Shown: positions 1-9,130 of the stretch, one piece after another
Position numbering within the stretch: the stretch's first letter is position 1
Layout: every line of letters starts with the position of its first letter
NCBI GenBank assembly: GCA_038727515.1
Contig: JAVYVS010000005.1
Location: forward strand, 1 to 64,000
Source of the DNA: Candidatus Methanomethylicia archaeon
GTDB lineage: Archaea; Thermoproteota; Methanomethylicia; Culexarchaeales; Culexarchaeaceae
Direction of reading: 5' to 3'
DNA length: 64,000 nucleotides
Translations under genes and position numbers: made by a program
The notes under the pieces: generated by a model
What the model saw: the letters and a program-made list of their open reading frames with translations, nothing else
What the model was told of the DNA's origin: nothing
Database searches by the model: none

Positions 1-308
1 AATACTACTGCTGTTGTTGTTCCATCACCAACTTCATCATCTTGAGCCTTTGAAATCTCAACCATCATCTTAGCAGCTGGATGTTGAACATCCATCTCCT
101 TAAGAATAGTAGCACCATCATTAGTTACAACGATATCTCCAAAACTATCAACAAGCATCTTATCCATACCCTTAGGACCAAGTGATGTTCTAACAGTTTC
201 AGATAATATTCTTGCAGCCATAATATTTGCTCTTAATGCATCTCTACCTATAGTTCTTGAAGTTCCCTCTTTAAGTAATAATATTGGTTGCCCACCATAT
301 ACACTCAT
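1..308 (-). CDS. ths: Thermosome (group II chaperonin) subunit, 5' part; runs off the window start
   Basis: Manual translation of the minus strand from ATG at 308: [18 protein letters not shown]...[39 protein letters not shown]...GDGTTT; GGTGA SD upstream. Confidence 0.97.
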   Translation of the reverse strand, partial: MSVYGGQPILLLKEGTSRTIGRDALRANIMAARILSETVRTSLGPKGMDKMLVDSFGDIVVTNDGATILKEMDVQHPAAKMMVEISKAQDDEVGDGTTTAVV

Positions 309-374
309 AACACTCACCTAACCATATCCATAATTCTCAACTATTTATTTTTTACTTTAAAATGGGGATAGCTA

Positions 375-448
<74 letters not shown>

Positions 449-495
449 TACACAATACATTATAATTAAAGCGTTTATTTAAATAATACTTTTGA

Positions 496-569
496 CGCCG
501 GGGGCAGGACTCGAACCTGCGACCAACGGGTTAACAGCCCGCCGCTCTTCCAAGCTGAGCTACCCCGGC
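496..569 (-). tRNA. tRNA-Asn (GTT)
   Basis: GCCGGGGTAGCTCAG...GCGGGCT-GTT-AACCCGT...GTTCGAGTCC...CCCGGCG. Confidence 0.96.
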
Positions 570-635
570 AATTTTTCAACTATTTATATTTTTTACATCT
601 TAACTCTTATTATTTTTACTATCAATTTCTAGAAG

Positions 636-890
636 CTAATCTTTTATTGTTTCTAATATGGATATTATGCTCCATAACCTAACCCTTGTATGCAACGGCA
701 TATTTGGGTCTTGCGATATATCCTCCAATATACTTATAGCATTTGCAGCTCTTACTCCCAGACTTAATTTTTCACTTTGTAACATCTTTATAGCGTTATT
801 AGCAGCAGCCCTAATATTTTTAGGAACTCCCGTATCATCCACTATTGATTGAAGTAATGTTACTGCTTGTTGAACCTTATTGTAGAGCAT
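636..890 (-). CDS. UPF0147 family protein
   Basis: DTGVPKNIR and DPNMPLHTR motifs, 84 aa helical protein. Confidence 0.88.
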   Translation of the reverse strand: MLYNKVQQAVTLLQSIVDDTGVPKNIRAAANNAIKMLQSEKLSLGVRAANAISILEDISQDPNMPLHTRVRLWSIISILETIKD

Positions 891-986
891 ATTTTCTCAC
901 CCTCTCTTCATACACCACATAATGCTTATGATCTCCACAATAACTTAATAATTTCATTTTATTAAGTATTTTTATGGGTGTAATTT

Positions 987-1352
987 TTGAGTGATGATGA
1001 AAAAATAAAAGAGATGGCTAATCTCCTTAAAGAGGGTGCTAAAATGTTATCATATATATGTCCTGAATGTAAAGTGCCCCTATTTCAATTAAAGAATGGA
1101 GCTATTATTTGCCCATCTTGTAAACGTAGAGCTGTTTTTTCAGATGCTGATGTAAGTGCTACCTCCTCAGAGGAAGTAAAAAAATTTGAAATTAAAAGCA
1201 AAGAAAATGTTTTTTACGATAACTTAAAATCAAAAATATATGTTAAAATAATGAAACTTCTTGATAGTATTGAGTACACTGAGGATTTTGATAAAATTAA
1301 TGAAATATTGTCAATAATTGAAAGACTTGCTCGTATAATGAAAGAATTATGA
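987..1352 (+). CDS. UPF0148 / SSSCA1 (autoantigen p27) family Zn-ribbon protein
   Basis: LKEGAKML..CPECKVPLF...CPSC; divergent from UPF0147. Confidence 0.88.
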   Translation: MSDDEKIKEMANLLKEGAKMLSYICPECKVPLFQLKNGAIICPSCKRRAVFSDADVSATSSEEVKKFEIKSKENVFYDNLKSKIYVKIMKLLDSIEYTEDFDKINEILSIIERLARIMKEL

Positions 1353-1368
1353 TATTGAGGAGAATCTT

Positions 1369-1923
1369 ATGATTTTGGTGAAGATCCCCAAATATTATCA
1401 TTTTTCATGTTATATAGAATCGAAGAATATAGGACGTGAATTTCTCCTTCTCTTTATAAAAAGTATATTTTTACTTAATGGGATATCCAAAAACATTCCT
1501 CTTTATGTATCAAACAAACCGAATATATTTAATGGTGAAGCAAAAATATCGCTATCCTCTATATTTGATAAATATTCAACTAGGATTAAAGTATCTGATC
1601 ATACTCAACATAACATTAGACGCATATCATCGTTAATCAATAGGATAGCAATGGAATTGTCCAATAAACAAACGACATTATATTTTGAATTTAAAATACG
1701 TTATTCTTATGATGATGGTAGTACTAAAAGGTATTGTTGGTCTGACATATATATACTCTCAACGCACTATCTAGCAGATGATATCATAAACCTTAAAATT
1801 TCACATATTCGTGGTTTAAGAAGAATATCCATCGAAGAGTTTTTTGATACTTTCTTAAATACATTAATGAACACTTTACAATTACATGGAATATCCCCAA
1901 AAAACATTTTAATCGTTAAATAA
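1369..1923 (+). CDS. Hypothetical protein
   Basis: 184-aa ORF with GAGGAG SD-like sequence upstream; no motif recognised. Confidence 0.6.
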   Translation: MILVKIPKYYHFSCYIESKNIGREFLLLFIKSIFLLNGISKNIPLYVSNKPNIFNGEAKISLSSIFDKYSTRIKVSDHTQHNIRRISSLINRIAMELSNKQTTLYFEFKIRYSYDDGSTKRYCWSDIYILSTHYLADDIINLKISHIRGLRRISIEEFFDTFLNTLMNTLQLHGISPKNILIVK

Positions 1924-1945
1924 GGATTCATAAAATCTATTTTAA

Positions 1946-2063
1946 TGCGGGGGGTGGGATTTGAACCCACGAACCCCTTCGGGACGGGATTTCTTACTTT
2001 CTAGCCCTAACCAATTTACTGGTCTTAAGTCCCGCGCCTTTGTCCTGGCTTGGCTACCCCCGC
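1946..2063 (-). tRNA. tRNA-Leu (TAA) with 33-nt canonical 37/38 intron (1991..2023)
   Basis: CGGGACT-TAA-G[intron]ATCCCG, long variable arm, BHB helix CTTA/TAAG; mature length 85 nt. Confidence 0.94.
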
Positions 2064-2076
2064 AATATTTTGTATT

Positions 2077-2210
2077 TGGTCCCGCCGGCCGGATTTGAAC
2101 CGGCGCCCCTCCGGTTTCTACGGCTGGCACACATTCATCTATGATTTAATATCTCATCTTGTGTGCGCATAACGCTACAGCCGGATGCTCTACCACTGAG
2201 CTACGGCGGG
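2077..2210 (-). tRNA. tRNA-Tyr (GTA) with 59-nt 37/38 intron (2116..2174), CCA encoded
   Basis: C1-G72 acceptor CCCGCCG/CGGCGGGA, TCCGGCT-GTA-G[intron]ACCGGA, BHB-like CTGT/GTAG helix. Confidence 0.94.
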
Positions 2211-2321
2211 TCATTATAATATTTATATTTAACATCTCTTAAAATTTTCTTTGTAAATAGGTTTCCTAAATACATTAAGGTCTGTTAAATTGGTCAATAC
2301 ATTTTCAAATATTTTGTTGTT

Positions 2322-2424
2322 TGGCGGGCCCGGCGGGATTTGAACCCGCGACCCCCGACTTAGAAGGCCGGCTCGAGCCTCATTAAAATCTGAGGATGCT
2401 CTGTCCTAGCTGAGCTACGGGCCC
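2322..2424 (-). tRNA. tRNA-Arg (TCT) with 25-nt non-canonical intron near position 26/27 (about 2372..2396), CCA encoded
   Basis: GGGCCCGTAGCTCAG...AGAGCA[TCCTCAGATTTTAATGAGGCTCGAG]CCGGCCT-TCT-AAGTCGG...; removing 25 nt restores the cloverleaf. Confidence 0.9.
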
Positions 2425-2468
2425 TAATATTTTGACTTGTATATCTAAAATTTAAAATTTGCCAAATT

Positions 2469-4205
2469 TTAAATAGAGAAATCAATATGTTTCTCTAATA
2501 CATTTAATTGGTTAAATTCTCCTATTATCTTCTTTAAATTTTCAATACTACTGATCGGTCTATGATTAATTAATTGCGACACTTTCTTCCCTTTGAAACA
2601 TGGTATTTTATTTAATTGTTTTCTTGTCCACTTATTTATTTCTATAGGTAAGGGTATTCCAAGTACAGATCTATAACCATACCCAATAATCATAACATCT
2701 ATAGATTTCCTTGGATGATGATTGAATGGTATAACAACTAATAATGGATAACTGCCCGCTTGTCTACCATAAGCTAAATTTTTATAGTTTTCTTCAATAA
2801 ATACATTTTTTAAAATTGAATATGGTGGAAGAATTTTCTTAAGCATAGGTCTATCAATTTCTCTTCTAATTTTTTCTTTATAGAACTTAAAATAATGTTT
2901 GTGTTTCCTTATGATTTTTTCTCCAATATTCCACATTTTAGTTCCAGGTAATGGAATGCATTGACGTATGTTTATTCTCCTCACCAATAGTCCTTCATCC
3001 ATTATTCTCTTCATAAATTCGAAGTTTAGACGATATGTTTCTTCTCTTTCACCAATTAATCCATAAACAAAATTAATTCCAGGTAATAATTCTGGAAGCC
3101 CATTCCATCCTCTCTTTGCACCAATTTCATTTATTATCTTTATGGCTTTAAATGCACCTTCTGGATCAACTTTTAGATTGTTTAGCTTTATAACATTTGG
3201 ATCAGCAGATTCTATTCCCATAGCTGCAACATCGCCAGGAGTATGATATTGTACAATTATCTTTGTTATCTCTCTACATTCATCTGGGTAATTTGCTATA
3301 GTTCCAGGATTAACATTATCTATGTGTAATGTATCAATGTATGGTGCAGCATCCCTTATACCTTTAAATAACTTTTTAATAGCTTCAGGATTTGGACGAG
3401 GAAACTCTCTCTCCCCCACACCTTCTGCTAAATAACTGTATATATCTGGTTGTCTACCTATTCTAAAATGTCTAACCCCCAAATTATACAATGTAGAAAC
3501 CTCTTCCACAATATGCTCTATAGGTCTAAAGATCGGTAACCCCCATAGCGGTTCAACGCAAAAAGAACATCCTCCTACAATAAATCTTGGACATCCTCTA
3601 TAAGTCTCAATTTCGCATATGAGATTCCAACCATAATTTGGATGCTCCTTAACTATTCTTGCACCCCTTATAGAAACTTCTCTCACAAGTTCGTAATCAC
3701 TTCTTGTTAAATTTGAATCAACTTTATCTATATCTAGATTCTCTGTAAATAAACTTGTTAATACAACTTCTATATCTCCCTTCACCACAAGATGATACAA
3801 ATCATTGACTTCACTTATTTCACGCGCTTTTTTACCTCCTTCCCCACAAAAACCATATCTTGCCAAGGGGCCGCCTAAAATCTTTATAGGTTTACTAACA
3901 AGAAACCCTATTTTCAAAACTTCATTTTTTGTTATTGGCGTCCCTCCCAAGTATTTCCCTGGAACACTTACCCCTCCAAGCACTATGAGCATATCTGCCT
4001 TATTCATAAGTTGGAGGTACTTTATGAAATCTTTACGAACTTCATCAATAGTATAGTAGTACACCCTTATTTTATCATCGTACATCCATATAGCTCCCGC
4101 TGCATATCTTGCATATACATCTAAATAAGGTGGAACACCTAATCCTGCAGGCTCATCATTATACCCATCAACTATTATGACCTTCTCTATGTTTTTTACG
4201 TTCAT
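2469..4205 (-). CDS. Radical SAM protein (COG1031-like) with C-terminal TRAM-like and helix-hairpin-helix regions
   Basis: DGYNDEPAGLGVPPY N-terminal motif, ETYRGCPRFIVGGCSFC (CX7CX2C), RRINIRQ, C-terminal INxxxxxQLNKIP. Confidence 0.85.
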   Translation of the reverse strand: MNVKNIEKVIIVDGYNDEPAGLGVPPYLDVYARYAAGAIWMYDDKIRVYYYTIDEVRKDFIKYLQLMNKADMLIVLGGVSVPGKYLGGTPITKNEVLKIGFLVSKPIKILGGPLARYGFCGEGGKKAREISEVNDLYHLVVKGDIEVVLTSLFTENLDIDKVDSNLTRSDYELVREVSIRGARIVKEHPNYGWNLICEIETYRGCPRFIVGGCSFCVEPLWGLPIFRPIEHIVEEVSTLYNLGVRHFRIGRQPDIYSYLAEGVGEREFPRPNPEAIKKLFKGIRDAAPYIDTLHIDNVNPGTIANYPDECREITKIIVQYHTPGDVAAMGIESADPNVIKLNNLKVDPEGAFKAIKIINEIGAKRGWNGLPELLPGINFVYGLIGEREETYRLNFEFMKRIMDEGLLVRRINIRQCIPLPGTKMWNIGEKIIRKHKHYFKFYKEKIRREIDRPMLKKILPPYSILKNVFIEENYKNLAYGRQAGSYPLLVVIPFNHHPRKSIDVMIIGYGYRSVLGIPLPIEINKWTRKQLNKIPCFKGKKVSQLINHRPISSIENLKKIIGEFNQLNVLEKHIDFSI

Positions 4206-5203
4206 AATGATTTCTCCAAATCATATTTAAAATGTTGCCAACCCCTTTTTTCTATTGTTCTCTCTTTTTCCCCCTCTCTATAAATAATTTCTCCTATATT
4301 TTCGGTTACTTTACCTATCTTTATTAATTTTCCATTAATCTTCCTAATTTCATCTAAAGCTTCATTCCAGTTTTTTTCACTTATAGTGACAATTAATATG
4401 TACTCCTCTCCTCCATAAAACACTAATTCAAAAGGATCTATTCCATTTTTCTTAGCAAAATATTCTGCTTCTCTTGTTATAGGCATATTATATATTTCAA
4501 TACCTACGTTACTTTTTTGAGCAATTTCATGTAAAGAAACGGCTAATCCATCACTGCTATCAATTGAAGAATTTACCAGTTTTTTCTTAGCTAATACATA
4601 TCCTTCTCTCACATGTGCTTTGGGATTGTATACATCTTTTAATATCTTATCTTTTAGCTTTTTAGGTACATTTATGTTTTCAAGTAGAATTTTTAATCCA
4701 GAGGAGACATTTCCAAATAAACCAGTAACTGCTACTATATCTCCAACTTTTGCTCCACATCTTGGCACTATATTTTTAGCAATTCCTATAGCTACACCGT
4801 CAATTATTAAATCATCTGCTTCATTAGTATCCCCCCCAAGTATATGCATTCCATACATTTTTGCCGCATCATTCATTCCTCTATATATTTCTTCTAGGCT
4901 TTCAATGTTCATATCTTTTCTCAAACCTATTGACGATAAGAAGCCTATGGGTTTAGCTCCTTTTGCAGCTAAATCACTTACGCTCATTGTTACAACTTTC
5001 CTACCTATATAATATTCATCCATACCTGGAGGAACATCAGTTTTGCCGACTAACATATCTACATTTATAACGAGAAAATATCCTTTCGGAAGCTTAATAG
5101 CAACAGCATCATCACCATACGGTAATGCTGTTTTTTCATTTTTTTCTATTATTTTAAAAATTATGTCAATTATTTTCCATTCACCAATTTCAAAAACCTT
5201 CAT
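4202..5203 (-). CDS. thiL: Thiamine-monophosphate kinase
   Basis: GDDA, SDLAAKGA, GGDT, DSSDGL, GGEEY, C-terminal GWQHF. Confidence 0.95.
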   Translation of the reverse strand: MKVFEIGEWKIIDIIFKIIEKNEKTALPYGDDAVAIKLPKGYFLVINVDMLVGKTDVPPGMDEYYIGRKVVTMSVSDLAAKGAKPIGFLSSIGLRKDMNIESLEEIYRGMNDAAKMYGMHILGGDTNEADDLIIDGVAIGIAKNIVPRCGAKVGDIVAVTGLFGNVSSGLKILLENINVPKKLKDKILKDVYNPKAHVREGYVLAKKKLVNSSIDSSDGLAVSLHEIAQKSNVGIEIYNMPITREAEYFAKKNGIDPFELVFYGGEEYILIVTISEKNWNEALDEIRKINGKLIKIGKVTENIGEIIYREGEKERTIEKRGWQHFKYDLEKSL

Positions 5204-6716
5204 ATATGCTAACTTCCTCCTTTTCTTCCTTAAAGTTTATAACACTTTGGACAGTATTATTACATAGGTTTATTATAACTGCTTTTGCGGGATCTGGGTA
5301 AATTCCCATTTTTTTCATGTATTCAGTTTGCTCTTGCCAAGTTCCGGAGTTCACTACAGTAACCCCTTTATAATATGTGTATTCGAAAGTATGTAGATGT
5401 CCCGCATGAAATACATGTGGGGTTTTTGTAATAATCATATAATCTTCTTCTTCAGGGGCGATAAGTGTTTGACCACCATATACTGGAGCTATATGTCTTC
5501 TTCTCAATAATTCAACCATGGCTTTTGCAGGAGTATCGTATTTCAATTCTGGAATGTTTAACATTATATCATCTAAACTCTTCCCATGTGTTATTAGGAA
5601 TAATGATCCATGAAGTTTCACATAAGCTGGATCCCCCAAAATGATCACATTATCTAGTTTGTATAAGGGGTATGCATATTCTTTGTATAATGCTGTTGAC
5701 GGTAATGCTTGTCTAGTAGCATCATGATTTCCAGGTATAATTATTACCTTGATATGTTGTGGAATTTGCGAAAAATAATATGCTGCAACTTCATATTGCT
5801 TTTTTAAATCCTTTATGGCTAATTCTTTTTCTTGATTTGGATAAACCCCTATTCCATCAACTATATCTCCTGCTACTATCAAGTATTTTACACATCTAGC
5901 TATCCTTCTGATCTTTTCGTCTCCTAAAACACCATTTAACCATAATAGAAACCTGTTAAATGCATTTCTCATAAAATATCTGCTTCCAATATGTAAATCA
6001 GATATTAAAACAGCATACATAGTCTGTTTCACATTCGTATTATTTGATGGTTTTGTTAATTCAGGTTGGATTATATCAGTGGCTACTATAATTCCCTCAT
6101 TTAAAATCTTACCTTCTATGCATACAACTTCATTCAGTAGTATCCTTTGAGCCTTACGGAATAAATCAATATTCTTTTCGGGGACTATTACAGATATACT
6201 GCCAGTTAAATCTTCAACACTAAAAGTTATGTGATTCTTACCAATATGCTTCTCACTAATGATACAAATGATTTTAATCGTATTTCCAAATATATCTTTC
6301 CTATTCTTAATATTATTGATTTTCGCAATATCTACAGCTCCCTTTACATCAAATCTTTCTGTAAGCAGTATTTTCTTAAGGTGCAAGTATCTACTGATAA
6401 AATAACTTTTGAAATCTTTCGATAGAGATTTACTTAGGATATGCTCTGTAGGTTCGAATACCACTTCTATATCTTCAGGAATATTACTTGCATGAATGAA
6501 TTCTTCTTCAGAGTGGTTTATTTTTATGATATCAGAGATAACTTCAGGGGTTATCATTAATGGTTTTTCTTCCATACATGATAATCTGTTTATAACTTCT
6601 TCAAGTATGTTTACTGCATTATTGTGCTTTAATATGATATTTAGAACGTCTGGGCTTATTTGAACCCCTTGCATTGACATCTTTGCGATTAATGCTTTTA
6701 TTTTTAAAGTTTCCAT
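5190..6716 (-). CDS. polB: DNA polymerase D small (proofreading) subunit DP1
   Basis: OB fold (EDLTG) plus phosphoesterase motifs SDLHIGS, AGDIVDGIGVYP, PGNHD, HG, RRHIAP, GHLH, NSGTWQ. Confidence 0.96.
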   Translation of the reverse strand: METLKIKALIAKMSMQGVQISPDVLNIILKHNNAVNILEEVINRLSCMEEKPLMITPEVISDIIKINHSEEEFIHASNIPEDIEVVFEPTEHILSKSLSKDFKSYFISRYLHLKKILLTERFDVKGAVDIAKINNIKNRKDIFGNTIKIICIISEKHIGKNHITFSVEDLTGSISVIVPEKNIDLFRKAQRILLNEVVCIEGKILNEGIIVATDIIQPELTKPSNNTNVKQTMYAVLISDLHIGSRYFMRNAFNRFLLWLNGVLGDEKIRRIARCVKYLIVAGDIVDGIGVYPNQEKELAIKDLKKQYEVAAYYFSQIPQHIKVIIIPGNHDATRQALPSTALYKEYAYPLYKLDNVIILGDPAYVKLHGSLFLITHGKSLDDIMLNIPELKYDTPAKAMVELLRRRHIAPVYGGQTLIAPEEEDYMIITKTPHVFHAGHLHTFEYTYYKGVTVVNSGTWQEQTEYMKKMGIYPDPAKAVIINLCNNTVQSVINFKEEKEEVSIYEGF

Positions 6717-6859
6717 GATTTGTACTACCCTCTACTTCAAATATTTTATAAGTTTATGAAATATTTTTATCTGATGTTTTATCTATAAGATTTCACATAT
6801 AAAGGTAAATAAATTAATATTTTTGTAGTTACCAAGATATAGTGTCTATTGGTGTTAGT

Positions 6860-7462
6860 ATGGAAGCGATAGGTGCGACAGCCGTTGGAATGGTTTTTAA
6901 AGATGGGGTTATTCTTGCAGCAGAAAAAAGGGTTGCATATGGATATACTATTTTAAGTAAAACGGGGAAAAAAGTTTTTAAAATAACAAATTATTCGGGT
7001 ATAGCATGTGCAGGAATAATAGCAGATATGCAAATACTTGCTAAATCTTTAACTGCAGAAGCAAATTTATTTGAATTAAATTATAAAAGACCAATGAAAG
7101 TTAGAAGTTTAGCAAAATTACTTTCAACAATATTATATAGTAGTAGGTTATCCCCATATCTAACGGAAATAATAGTTGGAGGTATAGATTCTACTGGTCC
7201 GCATCTCTATGTATTGGATACATTAGGCTCACTAATTGAAGATAAATATGCTGCACTAGGCTCTGGTGCAACTCTTGCAATGAGTATTCTAGAATCAGAA
7301 TATTCCCCTGAAAAAACTACAGACGTGGGGGAAGAGATAGTTATAAAAGCAATGAGTGCTGCCATAAAAAGGAACATAATATCCGGTGATGGTATAGATT
7401 TACTCAAGATAACTAATGATGGTGCTGTAGAGAAATTTATACCTTTAGAAACAACTTCTTGA
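6860..7462 (+). CDS. psmB: Proteasome beta subunit, non-catalytic type (Ala at the Thr1 position)
   Basis: GATAVG...LAAEKR...KKVFKI, GSG, RNIISGDGID; ATG at 6860 follows GGTG. Confidence 0.93.
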   Translation: MEAIGATAVGMVFKDGVILAAEKRVAYGYTILSKTGKKVFKITNYSGIACAGIIADMQILAKSLTAEANLFELNYKRPMKVRSLAKLLSTILYSSRLSPYLTEIIVGGIDSTGPHLYVLDTLGSLIEDKYAALGSGATLAMSILESEYSPEKTTDVGEEIVIKAMSAAIKRNIISGDGIDLLKITNDGAVEKFIPLETTS

Positions 7463-7477
7463 CGATCATATTTATGC

Positions 7478-8191
7478 TTACCTTAAATTTTTCTGAAATT
7501 CATCTTTTCTTCTTATTATTTCATTTATAATTTGTGATGTTTTATAGAATTTCGAATTTCTATATTCCTCACCTATTTTAACTATATCTACATTAATACC
7601 TGCTTCCTTCAGCTTATCCCTCAATTCATCAGGGGTTACAAAATTTTGATCAGGACCCAAGATTATTACATCAGGACGTATCTCCTTTACCTTTTCCAAT
7701 ATATCCTCATTTTCACTACCAAGAACAACTTCATCTACATATTTAAGGCTTTGAACAATTTTTAATCTATGATCACTGGGTAATATTGGCTTCCTTCCTT
7801 TGAATCTTTCAACATTTTTATCCGTGGCTATAAGAACTATTACTCGTCCATATTCTCTAGCTTTCTCTATTAACCATATATGACCAGGATGGAGTATATC
7901 AAAGGTTCCTGCAATCAATACTCTCTTAGGTTTACTTTTCTTCCATTCAAATTCTATGATATTTAATAATCTTAAACAATCTAATAATCCTTCAGCATAA
8001 GAGATGCAAGTTAAACTCGTGAAATAATCATTCTTCTCAAAGTAAAAAATAGAGTCGTTATAGTATCTTTCGCATAAATCTAGTATTTCATTAATCTTTT
8101 TATTATCCCTACTTTTAGTTTTCACTTCATTTAATGTTAAACAAAAATTTTCAATATAATTTTTCAATTTATCTTTCTCATTTTCAATCAT
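7478..8191 (-). CDS. ribL: DUF357 domain fused to FAD synthase (cytidylyltransferase family)
   Basis: N-terminal Y..DS..F...YAEGLLD (DUF357); C-terminal GTFDILHPGH, LGPDQ, KTSQII. Confidence 0.85.
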   Translation of the reverse strand: MIENEKDKLKNYIENFCLTLNEVKTKSRDNKKINEILDLCERYYNDSIFYFEKNDYFTSLTCISYAEGLLDCLRLLNIIEFEWKKSKPKRVLIAGTFDILHPGHIWLIEKAREYGRVIVLIATDKNVERFKGRKPILPSDHRLKIVQSLKYVDEVVLGSENEDILEKVKEIRPDVIILGPDQNFVTPDELRDKLKEAGINVDIVKIGEEYRNSKFYKTSQIINEIIRRKDEFQKNLR

Positions 8192-8195
8192 ACAA

Positions 8196-8984
8196 TCACA
8201 CCTCCAAAATTTCTTTTGGTGCTTTTGCGAGTTTTACTAAAGCCTCTGCCTCCATAAAATGTAATTTACCAACAATTATAAGCGAATGTGGAGGGTCTCC
8301 AAAATCTTCTTTAGCAAGATCATATATATAATTCGCTCGTATTATTTGGGTATTTGATCCCACTCTAGCACACCCCACTGCCAACGTATTCTTCGTTACA
8401 ACATTTTCTCTTCTTCTTTCTTCAATCATTCTTAGTATATCTATAGCTTCTCCTATCTTCATAAATAATTTTCTTTCAAGATCCATGTCTAATAGCAGCA
8501 AAGTATGCAATCCTCTACTCATGTTATCTTTTATAACATCATATGGAGTTTCAGATAATTCTTTACCAAATGGAAAAGTTATAGTTACAATCCTACCGAG
8601 CTTATAACTTGATAAACCTGTTTCACCAAAAATTGCAGATATTATAGATGTTGAATGAATGACTTTTGTTTCTATGCCTGCATTAATAGCTGCTAGTCTT
8701 AATTGTATGTGTGTAGTGGCTACAAACGGATCTCCTGGGCTGAGCAAAATTATAATGCCGTTTTTTGCTTCACTTAGTATTTTTTCATAGTTAATTTCTA
8801 ATGTTTTCCTATCCACTGGTATTATACTTTTACCAGAAAAATCTTCTAATTCTTTAATCGAAAAATTTGGTATTATACTTGTGTATGTATCTAAGTAAAT
8901 CTTGTCTCCTTTGCAGATCCACTCCATACCAGATAATGTTAGATCTGCTAATCCATTTAATCCTAAACCTATAAATACAAGCAT
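8196..8984 (-). CDS. dph5: Diphthine synthase
   Basis: FIGLGL, YTS, GDPFVATTH, HTLLLLD, PPHSLII, LHFME. Confidence 0.96.
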   Translation of the reverse strand: MLVFIGLGLNGLADLTLSGMEWICKGDKIYLDTYTSIIPNFSIKELEDFSGKSIIPVDRKTLEINYEKILSEAKNGIIILLSPGDPFVATTHIQLRLAAINAGIETKVIHSTSIISAIFGETGLSSYKLGRIVTITFPFGKELSETPYDVIKDNMSRGLHTLLLLDMDLERKLFMKIGEAIDILRMIEERRRENVVTKNTLAVGCARVGSNTQIIRANYIYDLAKEDFGDPPHSLIIVGKLHFMEAEALVKLAKAPKEILEV

Positions 8985-9130
8985 TAAGTATCCACTATAG
9001 TACTAGAAAGACTGAAAAACTTAACCTTAACTTTCATGTCTTTATGAAACATTTATTGGGGAAAGTCTATGTTTTAATATTGTTTAGTTACGAAACATTA
9101 ATTTATAACATATTCTGAACTTTATTTTAA

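Noticed and set aside
1991-2023. Possible nested second intron or alternative TAG anticodon in the tRNA-Leu intron
   Set aside because: The alternative BHB has a mismatch in the central helix and leaves a poorly formed residual intron; a single 37/38 intron explains the gene.
1942-2130. 62-aa ORF on the minus strand
   Set aside because: It runs through the tRNA-Tyr and tRNA-Leu genes; an artefact of GC-rich tRNA sequence.
6717-6841. AT-rich gap upstream of DP1 as a possible replication origin
   Set aside because: No ORB or mini-ORB repeats, no G-string and no cdc6; size and content fit a divergent promoter.
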